Virus record (IMG/VR): IMGVR_UViG_3300013108_000622
Location: 1 to 64,000 of that record
DNA from: a virus
Length of the DNA: 64,000 nucleotides
Direction: 5' to 3' (one strand)
Below, piece by piece: positions 46,306 to 54,969 of the stretch. The translations under genes were made by a program, and so were the position numbers. Each line of letters begins with the position of its first letter. The first letter of the stretch is position 1. The notes under the pieces were generated by a model that was not told the origin of the DNA, searched no databases, and saw only the letters and a program-made list of their open reading frames with translations.

Positions 46306-46663
46306 ATTCAAACCATTTAATAAACACGTATTGGTCGAAAAAACCGCCGAGAAAAAATCTCCAGATTTGAGCCCTGTATTGATACCAGAAGGAGCCCAAT
46401 TGGGAAATCAAGAAAGGTTCGGCCTGGTGCAATTTGTGTGTGCAGCTAGTGATTGTGAAGATTTTCTAAAACGACTAAACCCAGATAATCCTTCTTGGGC
46501 AACTCAGACAGGCACCATGGATGATGCTTACATTACATCAAGAAAAAAAGATGGTGTTGCTAATCTGGTTGTTGATCAGACAATGGTGGAGGAGATAAAA
46601 ATAGATAATAGTCTATTCCACTTGGTGCATCAAAGACATATTGTTGGGATAATTGACAAGTAG
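46298..46663 (+). CDS. GroES-like co-chaperonin (gp31-like)
   Basis: FKPFNKHVLVE...VLIPE and C-terminal LVHQRHIVGII. Confidence 0.55.
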   Translation: MCKFKPFNKHVLVEKTAEKKSPDLSPVLIPEGAQLGNQERFGLVQFVCAASDCEDFLKRLNPDNPSWATQTGTMDDAYITSRKKDGVANLVVDQTMVEEIKIDNSLFHLVHQRHIVGIIDK

Positions 46664-46670
46664 GTAAAAA

Positions 46671-47363
46671 ATGAATATAAAAGATTTAAAAGAAATGGTT
46701 CGAGAAGCCTTGACAGGGCTTCCAGTATTGTTGTCTAAACCAAAATTAATTGTAGAGGCAAATTATGGACGTGTAAAGCGAAGAATAGAGGATGAAAAAA
46801 TCCCGTTTGCCATGTTAACTGCCTCTCGTGGAGATTATAATCAAAAAGAAAATCAATTAAGGAATAAAGAGCTTAAAATGTCTTTAGACACCGCTGGTTT
46901 TCCATATGTTTTAATGCCTGGGAGTGGATATAAAGAAGGAGGCTCTGACGGCGATGTCGTTACAGAAGATTCAATACTGGTATGGAATGAGCCTCGTGGC
47001 GACAAATTCCCATCAAGTGGTGGGTTGTTTGATCTAGCTTCTCGTCTATCAGAGGAATTTGAGCAAGATTCATTTTTATATGGTGGACCACGAAAAGGCG
47101 ATAATGAAAAGCCATACGCAATTCACTTATACACCAACACAGGTGAGATTATAGATGAAATTTGGGCCGGAGGAGAAGAAGGTTATAATGAGCTTTTTGT
47201 TGTAGATGATGCCGCTGAATATTGGTCTAAAATTGCTGGTAAAAAGACGCAATTTAAAGAAATTTTAAATAAATGGAATAATTTTAATTCCAAATCTCGT
47301 CTTGATGCGATGAAAAAACAATATTACATAAATCTGGCAGAATCCAAACTTAAAAATGATTGA
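46671..47363 (+). CDS. Hypothetical protein with N-terminal MNIKDLKEMVREAL motif
   Basis: FAMLTASR...EN..RN.EL...G.YKE...EDS...FEQDSFLY pattern (DUF3293-like). Confidence 0.6.
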   Translation: MNIKDLKEMVREALTGLPVLLSKPKLIVEANYGRVKRRIEDEKIPFAMLTASRGDYNQKENQLRNKELKMSLDTAGFPYVLMPGSGYKEGGSDGDVVTEDSILVWNEPRGDKFPSSGGLFDLASRLSEEFEQDSFLYGGPRKGDNEKPYAIHLYTNTGEIIDEIWAGGEEGYNELFVVDDAAEYWSKIAGKKTQFKEILNKWNNFNSKSRLDAMKKQYYINLAESKLKND

Positions 47364-48057
47364 ACCAATTTTTCTTTATGATGATAAGGTAGGAAAGGTA
47401 GAGTATGTCGAGCACATGGGTAGTGACTTATCTGTTGTTAATTCTGCTCGTGTTTCTTTTGGTAAGCATAAACAACTATTAGAAGAAAATGATGCGAAAT
47501 TGATTAATTATCTTATTAAACATCGCCACACCTCTACTTTAGAGCACTGTGTAGTGACTTTTAGGTTTAAGGTTCCTCTATACGTGAGATCCCAACACCA
47601 TCGTCACCGCACCTGGAGTTATAACGAAATAAGCAGGAGATATACAGATTACAATATAGAATTTTACAACCCAGAGTTATATAGAACACAGCATGATTCT
47701 AACAGGCAAGCAAGCAACACAGATGAATTTGTTAGTGGTCCTATGTCACATCCAATTTTAGGCTGCGGTTGTAATGAATATATAAGAAGATTTAACAATC
47801 AAGCTCTAAAGGTGTATAATAGTTTATTGGATATTGGTGTCTGTCGAGAACAAGCACGAGGAATTTTGCCTCAAAATATGTATACTGAATACTATGGAAC
47901 AGCAAATTTAAACAATATTTTAAAGTTTGTAGATTTAAGAATACACGAGGGAGCACAAGGCGAGATACAAGAGGTTGCAAACGCAATTTTAAAAATAACA
48001 AAAAAATTGTATCCGATTACAGTAGGCGCATATGAGAAAAACAAAAAAGAACGTTGA
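47356..48057 (+). CDS. thyX: Flavin-dependent thymidylate synthase
   Basis: VNSARVSF, H.STLEH, RHRTWSYNEISRRY, EQARGILP and AQ.EI. Confidence 0.95.
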   Translation: MIEPIFLYDDKVGKVEYVEHMGSDLSVVNSARVSFGKHKQLLEENDAKLINYLIKHRHTSTLEHCVVTFRFKVPLYVRSQHHRHRTWSYNEISRRYTDYNIEFYNPELYRTQHDSNRQASNTDEFVSGPMSHPILGCGCNEYIRRFNNQALKVYNSLLDIGVCREQARGILPQNMYTEYYGTANLNNILKFVDLRIHEGAQGEIQEVANAILKITKKLYPITVGAYEKNKKER

Positions 48058-48388
48058 ACATCGTCCGTGGGGAACTTACGAGGTTTTACAAGACAAAAAA
48101 AAATACAAGTTAAAAGAAATCATAGTTATGCCCGGTCAAAGACTGAGTTATCAATCCCACCACCAAAGAACGGAAATTTGGGCGATAATTTCGGGGGAAG
48201 GTATTGTTACCTTAGAGGGTCAAGAGCTGGAATGCTATGCTGGACGGTCGTTTTTTATCCCAAAAGAACAAAGGCACCGCATCGAGTGCGTAGGAAAAGA
48301 ACCTTTAATGTTTATTGAAGTGCAAACAGGTGATTATTTTGGCGAAGATGATATCGTAAGGCACGAGGATGATTATGGAAGAAAATAA
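48032..48388 (+). CDS. Cupin, mannose-6-phosphate isomerase type II C-terminal-like
   Basis: RPWG.Y, PGQRLSYQSHH.R.E.W, HRI and IEVQTGDYFGEDDIVRHEDDYGR. Confidence 0.88.
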   Translation: MRKTKKNVEHRPWGTYEVLQDKKKYKLKEIIVMPGQRLSYQSHHQRTEIWAIISGEGIVTLEGQELECYAGRSFFIPKEQRHRIECVGKEPLMFIEVQTGDYFGEDDIVRHEDDYGRK

Positions 48389-48674
48389 TTATTATGATTT
48401 TATGTTGGTGTGTAAAGACTTCGTTGATTCAAGTAAGAAACTGAACGAGGCCGCCGCACTTTGTGATAATGATCCAGTGAAACAAGAGATGGTAGCCTTT
48501 ATCATCCCAGATTTTCAAAAAATGTTTGCTCGTTCAGAAGGTATAAAGGTTTTATTAGAACAGGAAAGGTATGATAAAAATCGCGGTTTTATACTTGAAG
48601 AAATGAAGGCTGTTACCAAGGAAAACCTTAAAATGGCACGAAGGATAACAGATAAGCTATCTGGATTGATTTGA
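48375..48674 (+). CDS. Hypothetical protein
   Basis: ORF in the gene train with SD GAGG. Confidence 0.55.
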   Translation: MEENNYYDFMLVCKDFVDSSKKLNEAAALCDNDPVKQEMVAFIIPDFQKMFARSEGIKVLLEQERYDKNRGFILEEMKAVTKENLKMARRITDKLSGLI

Positions 48675-48716
48675 GCCTCTCTGATAAACTCATTATTGCA
48701 TTAATAGTGTGGGTGA

Positions 48717-49655
48717 TTGTTTGTGAATATATCGTCAGAAGTTAATCTTCATTCCTCCATACGAAAAATAAATTTTAAATATGAACAAATCATCGTTGGT
48801 TGCACTCTAGAGGCACTAATGTTTTCATATCTTAAAAATATTCCCATTGTTTATACTAACCTCTCTGCCCCCAAGATGTTTGACAGATTTGAGTTAGGGC
48901 AAGATTTATCTTTGTTTTCTTATGAAAACAGGGCGCAGAAAATAATAACACCCAAAACTGAAATTATGGTGGGTGCCCAAAAGCTCCCTCTTTGGGAAAA
49001 ACTGTATTTTCATGTCTCTCTTGCTGGCTTGTGTATTTCCCCCTTTGAATTATCGTCAATAAGAGTAAAAGATAGCATATTAAAGGGCTTCACAGACAAT
49101 GCTAGAATGGTAGCTTGTGAGTTTGAAGAACTAATAATCTTTGATGATGCAGGTGTATATGGGATAGGAGATCCCATTACCCAACTTGATAAAAAGAAGA
49201 TGGTATATGATTGGTTTTCAGTCCGCAGCGGTATGAAGCACCGGTATGATGTAATAGAGTCAGATTCTGAATTTGTAAGTAAGATTATCTTTTATCGTTC
49301 ATCTCGCATAGATGGTGATCATGATTTTAAAGATGCGGTCGCCGTTTCAAACCTTACGGATAAGCAATTGATAGAATATGAATTTTCAGATGTTAATTCT
49401 CGCTTCAAATCAACCTATATGATGAAAAAAGCAGGCATACGTGGCGCACGTAACGGTCGCGATATGAGAAACAAAGAGAAATATAAATACTACGCAGTAA
49501 AAATTGAGAACACAAAAAGAGAAATCGAATCTGTTAGAAATTATTATAATCCTACAGAAAATATCATCTTTAATTACGATAGTGTTTATGATATAATAAG
49601 TCACACCCACCCTAAGCAAACTTATGCAACAAAACTCATCAGAAGAATATATTGA
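48717..49655 (+). CDS. Hypothetical protein (degenerate Rossmann-like N-terminus IIVG); start uncertain
   Basis: 312-aa ORF. Confidence 0.6.
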   Translation: MFVNISSEVNLHSSIRKINFKYEQIIVGCTLEALMFSYLKNIPIVYTNLSAPKMFDRFELGQDLSLFSYENRAQKIITPKTEIMVGAQKLPLWEKLYFHVSLAGLCISPFELSSIRVKDSILKGFTDNARMVACEFEELIIFDDAGVYGIGDPITQLDKKKMVYDWFSVRSGMKHRYDVIESDSEFVSKIIFYRSSRIDGDHDFKDAVAVSNLTDKQLIEYEFSDVNSRFKSTYMMKKAGIRGARNGRDMRNKEKYKYYAVKIENTKREIESVRNYYNPTENIIFNYDSVYDIISHTHPKQTYATKLIRRIY

Positions 49656-50568
49656 TCTCAAGTCATTTCATTTGGCTGGAATAATTCCAACTGCTGGCCA
49701 GCCAATGGATTTTAATTTTCCTTGGCATGACTGTATGGTTCCGATTTCTTCTGACTTCTTGGCAATTGAGCGAGCAGTTTTAGAGTGCGCAACAGTAGGA
49801 TGTGAGACTATCTGGGTAGTGTGTCATAGCGATATGCAACCCTTATTAAAACATAGACTAGGAGAATCGGTTCAGGATCCTGTTTGGATCAGTAGGAAAC
49901 ATGACTTGTTTCCATCATCCTCTAAAAAAGAAATCCCGATTTATTATGTGGAAATCCACCCCAAAGATCAGGATAAAAGAGATTCTTTGGTGTGGTCAAT
50001 TTTATACGGCTCGAAGGTCGCAAAAAAAATATGTCATAGTTTGAGCCAGTGGGTTATGCCCAACAAGTTTTATGTTTCTTTCCCCCACTCTGTTTATCCC
50101 TCTCAGCATTTAAGAAAATACCGCTCCGAGATTTCTAATCACGGTAATTTTTTTGTTTTAACTGATAAGGGCGACTCGATTTTAGAAGATTGTTATGTTG
50201 GTTTCGCCTTTGAAGCATCCGAGCTGGGTGGGTTAATAAAGCACTTTTGGGACAAACAAACAGGAAAATATGACCCTTCTCAACCAATCTCTGATAGGCG
50301 AGATGGAAAATTCATAACTAAAATGCTCCCAATTGAAGAAAGATATTCTGGTAGGCATTTCAAAATTATGGATATCTTTAAAAAATTAGATAATTCTAAA
50401 AAAATATTTAAAATTGAGATGGAATGGTATTATGATATTAGCAGTTGGGATAATTTATGTAATTATCTTAGTTCTGAGCATCGTAAAGTTTTAAAAAAAC
50501 CAAAATTGCCTTTTTTATCTGGCAGGAAATGGAATAAGGTAGGAGAAGATGAACCGGAAACTATTTAA
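49624..50568 (+). CDS. Nucleotidyltransferase-like (NTP_transferase fold) protein
   Basis: AGIIPTAG near the N-terminus, P.....AIERAV.EC...GCETIWVV, and YYDISSWD. Confidence 0.55.
   Translation: MQQNSSEEYIDLKSFHLAGIIPTAGQPMDFNFPWHDCMVPISSDFLAIERAVLECATVGCETIWVVCHSDMQPLLKHRLGESVQDPVWISRKHDLFPSSSKKEIPIYYVEIHPKDQDKRDSLVWSILYGSKVAKKICHSLSQWVMPNKFYVSFPHSVYPSQHLRKYRSEISNHGNFFVLTDKGDSILEDCYVGFAFEASELGGLIKHFWDKQTGKYDPSQPISDRRDGKFITKMLPIEERYSGRHFKIMDIFKKLDNSKKIFKIEMEWYYDISSWDNLCNYLSSEHRKVLKKPKLPFLSGRKWNKVGEDEPETI
50560..50567 (+). promoter_or_regulatory. Putative late promoter motif ACTATTTA
   Basis: Upstream of the displaced fourth copy of the structural paralog family. Confidence 0.55.
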
Positions 50569-50589
50569 ATTAAAAGGAAAAGTAAAAAA

Positions 50590-51006
50590 TTGTCAGTAAA
50601 ATATCTTGAATATAAAGCGGGTCTAGGAAACGTAGGCTCTTATCAAGCCAGCGCAAAACCATATTTATCATCTTCTATACATGTCCCCACTGGTGGTGCC
50701 GTGGTTAAAATAGAGTTCCCGAATGTAACTAGGTTTTTAACAATCGCAAACGTCGGCCCAGCCGACTCGGATGATGTTGCAATGCGCGTCGGGTTCTCAG
50801 TAAATGGCATAAACGATCTTGAGCACTGCAATTATTTTCTCCTTGAAAACGGGGAGTCATATTCTGGCGATTGGAGGGTTAAAGAGCTTTATTTGAGAAC
50901 CGACACTGGCTCTACTAATGCCACTGGCTCAATTATTGCTGGCTTGACTAATATTGCAGCGAGTGAATTATCCCATAACTGGACTGGTTCTGTGGGGGTG
51001 GGATGA
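50590..51006 (+). CDS. Putative virion protein, paralog family copy 4
   Basis: GLGNVGSYQASAKPY...EFPNVTRF...GFS.NG...NYF...NWTGSVGVG. Confidence 0.7.
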   Translation: MSVKYLEYKAGLGNVGSYQASAKPYLSSSIHVPTGGAVVKIEFPNVTRFLTIANVGPADSDDVAMRVGFSVNGINDLEHCNYFLLENGESYSGDWRVKELYLRTDTGSTNATGSIIAGLTNIAASELSHNWTGSVGVG

Positions 51007-51305
51007 TGGCACAAGGTGGATTTAGCAGGGACTATGCAAGAGCTGCAAGAATTAGACAAGAAGCTCAAGCCCGAAAAGAAAAAGAAGAACGCGGACTTAT
51101 TGGGGATGAGGTTATTATAAAATTAAATCCTTACTTTGAAAACAAGATGAATAAAATGGAAGAAGGTTTAATTTTGAAGCAAGACGAGACGATTGAAGAA
51201 TTTATCAAAATAACGCGAGATAGAAATAGGTTGTTGAAGTTTTTGCTCTGGACTAACGCTTTGACATTGCTTGGGTTGTCTTTTGTTTTAGGTTATTTTT
51301 TATGA
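51003..51305 (+). CDS. Hypothetical protein with a C-terminal TM helix
   Basis: Hydrophobic C-terminus. Confidence 0.55.
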   Translation: MMAQGGFSRDYARAARIRQEAQARKEKEERGLIGDEVIIKLNPYFENKMNKMEEGLILKQDETIEEFIKITRDRNRLLKFLLWTNALTLLGLSFVLGYFL

Positions 51306-51514
51306 AAGTTCACAATGTAATTCAGCGACTGCAACGCGAAAGGGAAGACGAAGAGGTTGTCTTGATTTTTGATGATAACCGAGCTAAATATTATATTATA
51401 GAAGAGTTGCCTTTTCTACACGGTGGTCCGCGCAAGTTTAAATTAAAGCATGGTGGTACTGATACCAAGAGTGTAGTACAAATAAGAATTAAAGAATACG
51501 AACCGTCTGAATAA
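51302..51514 (+). CDS. Hypothetical protein
   Basis: ATGA overlap; 70 aa. Confidence 0.5.
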   Translation: MKVHNVIQRLQREREDEEVVLIFDDNRAKYYIIEELPFLHGGPRKFKLKHGGTDTKSVVQIRIKEYEPSE

Positions 51515-51558
51515 AAAATGCCCCGCCCAATCATCAGACCGGACGGGGACTTTAGTTT
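51514..51558. terminator. Terminator between convergent genes (likely bidirectional)
   Basis: A tract, CCCCGCCC...GGACGGGG stem and a T-rich flank. Confidence 0.65.
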
Positions 51559-51584
51559 AACTCAAAAAGTTAAAGAATAATAAA

Positions 51585-53978
51585 TTATTCTTCTTCAATT
51601 GGAATCATAGCCATTTTAAAGTCTTGACCAGTTTTGTTGTTTCGGATCCGCAAGTGATCTGATTCCTCAAATAGTGTCCAATCGCCACGCTCATTCTTCA
51701 TATGGAAATCGCCTGTGTACACATTGGTCGCCCAAACAGCGGCAAATTTCTTACTAGAACTACCGAGGCTTCGGGTGTCATTAGCATCAGCAATGATGTC
51801 TGAATCCAAAAGACCATTGAAAGTAACCGAATCACTAGAGTCAGAACCTAGATCAACGTTACCATTAGCAACAAGATTGCTGCTCAAAGTACAAGTTGTA
51901 CCAACAATTGCAGCAAAGCTACCAGCAGCAACACTGCTAGCACCGATTGTCGTTCCATCAATAGCACCGCCATCAATGTTAACGCTTGCCGCAGCCAGAG
52001 AAGCTACGTTACCATTGTCAACATCAATTTTGTGCAATGAAGCAAGTCCAGAACCACTTACTGTAGTAGCGGTCAAACCACCGTTAGCAGCAAGTGTAGA
52101 ACTATAAGTACCGGTTGTACCCACAACAGCAGCAAAAGAACCAGCAGCAACACTGCTAGCGCCAATTACTGTTCCGTCGATAGCACCACCATCGATGTTA
52201 ACGTTAGCTGATGAAAGATCAGCAATGTTACCATTGTCAACGTCAACTTTGTGCAATGAAGCAAGTCCAGAACCACTAATTGTTGTAAGACCAGCCAAAG
52301 CCGAGTCAAGATTAACAGTTAAAGTGTTTCCAGAACCAGCAGTATTAATATTGGTTCCACCAGCAATATCAAGTGTTTCGCTATCTAAATCAATAGACAG
52401 AGCACCACCAGCATCACCTTCGAAATCTAAATCTTGTGCAGTTACTTGCGCATCAACATAAGCCTTGATGGATTGTTGAGTAGCAAGAGCAGTAGCAGAA
52501 TCAGAAGCCATGTTGTCCTCATCTTTGACTGAAGTCATTGCAGCTCCACCAAGTAGAGCAAAAGAGCTACCACTTATAGAAGTGAATTTACCAGTAGACG
52601 ACGAGTTCGCACCAATAGCTGTTCCATCAATAGCACCTGAATCAACATTAATGTTGGTCATCGCTTGAGATGCACAGTCCATCGCCGCACCAAGAGCATC
52701 TGCTCGAAGGTCGTCGATATGAGCAACACCGTCAATGTATAGGTCTTTCCACTCTTTAGAGGAGGAACCTAAATCTTGAACGCCATCACGTGCTGGAGCA
52801 ACACTACTATAGAATGTCGCAGCACCACCAACTTGTAGAGTTGAAGAACCACTAATTGTGGTTGCTGTAACGGTTCCCAAAGCAGAAGCGCCGGTAACTG
52901 TCATCGCATCAATGTGACCAGCATCAGCATGGATTTCTGCCCATTGAAGTGCAGAAGTACCAAGATCACGAGCTGAATCAGTTGAAGGTACAAGATCAGA
53001 ATCAAAACGACCAGTAGCCGTAATTGTATCCGATGTTGCATTACCCAGATCTGTATCTCCGTTAGCAGTCAGTGTAGAACTGAAAGTTGCAGTTGTACCG
53101 ACTAGAGCAGCAAAAGAACCAGCAGCAACGCTATTAGCACCGATTACTGTTCCATCAATAGCACCACCGTCAATGTTAACACTGTCAGAATGCATTGAAG
53201 CAAAATCAGCCGCACCAGAACCACTTACTGTAGTAAATTTAGCAGCCGCTTGAGAGGTAAGACCAACTGTCATTCCATCTGCTGAACCGCCACTAATAAT
53301 AGCGTGACCAAGAGTAGCTTTATCAACATCAACTTTGTGTACTGAAGCAAGTCCAGAACCACTTAATGTAGTAAATTTACCAGAACTTGGTGTGTTTTCA
53401 CCAATAGTCGCAGCGACATCACCAAAAGTAACGTTTGCATCTGTAGTAAGATCTTGATTGAGTGTAGAAGCTCCTTCAATTGTTAGGTTTGCACCAACAG
53501 TGAAGGTTGATCCTGCATTGACATCAAGTTTTAACTCGCTACCATTAGGTGCCTTAAAATCAAGATTACCTCGATCATCATCAGCAACACGCATGTAACC
53601 AGTGACAGAACCATTCTCTTCGATATCAAGACCAGCACCTGCCGCAGAAGTCGCGCCACCACCATCATTGATAAGAATGTTTTTATCTTTTACTTGCAAG
53701 TTGGTTGTATCAACTTGAGTTGTTGTCCCGTTAACTGTTAGGTTTCCGTTAATAACCGCATCACTTGTAGTTGAAAGGGTTTTAAACGAACCAGCTCCAC
53801 CAATTGCAAGGGTTTGCCCTGAGATTGTGTGCGAAGCAGAAACACTAGTTAGGTTTTGTAAATTTTTGTTGTGATCCAACAACGTCACTGGTGTAAAACT
53901 AGATACACCGTTTGTCCATTGGATACCACCAAACGAGCCAGTACCCGCTTGTATACCAAATCTATATTCATTAGCCAT
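51585..53978 (-). CDS. Tail fibre / fibre-like virion protein with internal repeats
   Basis: GNLTVNGTTTQVDTTNLQVKD, repeated NIDGGAIDGT.IG, LG.S..W..Y repeats and C-terminal YTGD.H..N.RG.WT..E; SD AAGGAG. Confidence 0.8.
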   Translation of the reverse strand: MANEYRFGIQAGTGSFGGIQWTNGVSSFTPVTLLDHNKNLQNLTSVSASHTISGQTLAIGGAGSFKTLSTTSDAVINGNLTVNGTTTQVDTTNLQVKDKNILINDGGGATSAAGAGLDIEENGSVTGYMRVADDDRGNLDFKAPNGSELKLDVNAGSTFTVGANLTIEGASTLNQDLTTDANVTFGDVAATIGENTPSSGKFTTLSGSGLASVHKVDVDKATLGHAIISGGSADGMTVGLTSQAAAKFTTVSGSGAADFASMHSDSVNIDGGAIDGTVIGANSVAAGSFAALVGTTATFSSTLTANGDTDLGNATSDTITATGRFDSDLVPSTDSARDLGTSALQWAEIHADAGHIDAMTVTGASALGTVTATTISGSSTLQVGGAATFYSSVAPARDGVQDLGSSSKEWKDLYIDGVAHIDDLRADALGAAMDCASQAMTNINVDSGAIDGTAIGANSSSTGKFTSISGSSFALLGGAAMTSVKDEDNMASDSATALATQQSIKAYVDAQVTAQDLDFEGDAGGALSIDLDSETLDIAGGTNINTAGSGNTLTVNLDSALAGLTTISGSGLASLHKVDVDNGNIADLSSANVNIDGGAIDGTVIGASSVAAGSFAAVVGTTGTYSSTLAANGGLTATTVSGSGLASLHKIDVDNGNVASLAAASVNIDGGAIDGTTIGASSVAAGSFAAIVGTTCTLSSNLVANGNVDLGSDSSDSVTFNGLLDSDIIADANDTRSLGSSSKKFAAVWATNVYTGDFHMKNERGDWTLFEESDHLRIRNNKTGQDFKMAMIPIEEE
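51895..53390 (-). repeat. Intragenic dispersed repeats in the tail fibre
   Basis: DNA near-identities, e.g. TGAAGCAAGTCCAGAACCACT three times and CAGCAAAAGAACCAGCAGCAAC twice, encoding SGSGLAS(L/V)HK and AAGSFAA units. Confidence 0.75.
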
Positions 53979-54180
53979 ATTATAATTTCTCCTTATTAAA
54001 AATTTTCCAAATTTTTTTTAATAAAACGGATCTGCCCGAATTTTCGTTATTGAAAAAACATCGTACCCGCTTGCATAAGTAGGGTCAAAAAAAGAAAAAG
54101 GCAATTTATCAAAACAGCTTAAATTGGCTGTTAGACGTTAAGTTCGGAGGATTAGAGTGGTTTTATAGGGGGAAAAAAAA

Positions 54181-54582
54181 TTAAATTTTTTCAAGCATAA
54201 TTTTAAACTTTTCACCAGTCAAATTATTTCGAACAGTTAGCATGTCCTGTTCCTCAATGAGGGTCCAGTTCCCTCTTTCGTTTTGTAAATGAAGGTCGCC
54301 AGTGTAAACATTTGTTGCATATATGTTGGCCCAACGGCTGTTGGATTCCCCCAAATCATAAACGAGATCCCCGTATGGGATTACGCTACCAGATGCATTG
54401 GTTATGCCACCAATTGTTATGTTCCCAGTCAACTCAACAGTTGCGCCATTCCAAGTTAAATTATTGGAACTAGAAAGTTTAGTTTTGGTTTGGACAACAG
54501 TTATTTGATTCCCACCAGCATCACCAGTGATTTTTATCCTGTTTCTATTGTCTCTACCACTAAATCCGCTACCAAAGCCCAT
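54181..54582 (-). CDS. Short fibre-like protein sharing the C-terminal domain of the long fibre
   Basis: Likely start at ATG 54582; NVYTGDLHLQNERGNWTLIEE...RNNLTG. Confidence 0.7.
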   Translation of the reverse strand: MGFGSGFSGRDNRNRIKITGDAGGNQITVVQTKTKLSSSNNLTWNGATVELTGNITIGGITNASGSVIPYGDLVYDLGESNSRWANIYATNVYTGDLHLQNERGNWTLIEEQDMLTVRNNLTGEKFKIMLEKI

Positions 54583-54590
54583 AACAGAAA

Positions 54591-54598
54591 TAAATAGT
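54591..54598 (-). promoter_or_regulatory. Putative late promoter motif ACTATTTA (minus strand)
   Basis: Motif flips with gene orientation; 8 nt upstream of the ATG. Confidence 0.55.
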
Positions 54599-54662
54599 AA
54601 TTTATTGGAACATTCACCTTTAACAGTGTATTTATTATCAGCGAAGGAAGGAAAATAAACCA

Positions 54663-54917
54663 ATGGAAGATGAAAACCCTACAATAAGCAACCCTTTTAC
54701 AAGGGAGTTAACCCAAGAAGAAATTAACGAAATATCTATTAAATCCTTCGACCGTGGTCAAATAATGGGACAAAAAGACGCCTATTTCAAGGTAGAACAA
54801 TGGCTTAGAAAACAAGTGATAGATCAATTTATGAAAAAGGCTGATGATAATGCTAAGATATTAAGATCAGTTCTGGGGCATGTTGAAGCCCTAATAAAAA
54901 CAATCCCCGAAGAATAA
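54663..54917 (+). CDS. Hypothetical protein
   Basis: SD AAGGAAGG; 84 aa. Confidence 0.55.
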   Translation: MEDENPTISNPFTRELTQEEINEISIKSFDRGQIMGQKDAYFKVEQWLRKQVIDQFMKKADDNAKILRSVLGHVEALIKTIPEE

Positions 54918-54934
54918 TTAATATTTTATTTTAC

Positions 54935-54963
54935 TTGACAAAAAGGATAAGATCTAGTATTAT
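54935..54963 (+). promoter_or_regulatory. Sigma70-type promoter (TTGACA-17-TATTAT), probably giving a leaderless dnaE mRNA
   Basis: Only 6 nt between the -10 box and ATG 54970; no SD. Confidence 0.7.
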
Positions 54964-54969
54964 TTCACT

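Noticed and set aside
51585-54663. Invertible fibre segment (Gin/Cin-type switch)
   Set aside because: No flanking inverted repeats or invertase gene were found; the orientation looks fixed.
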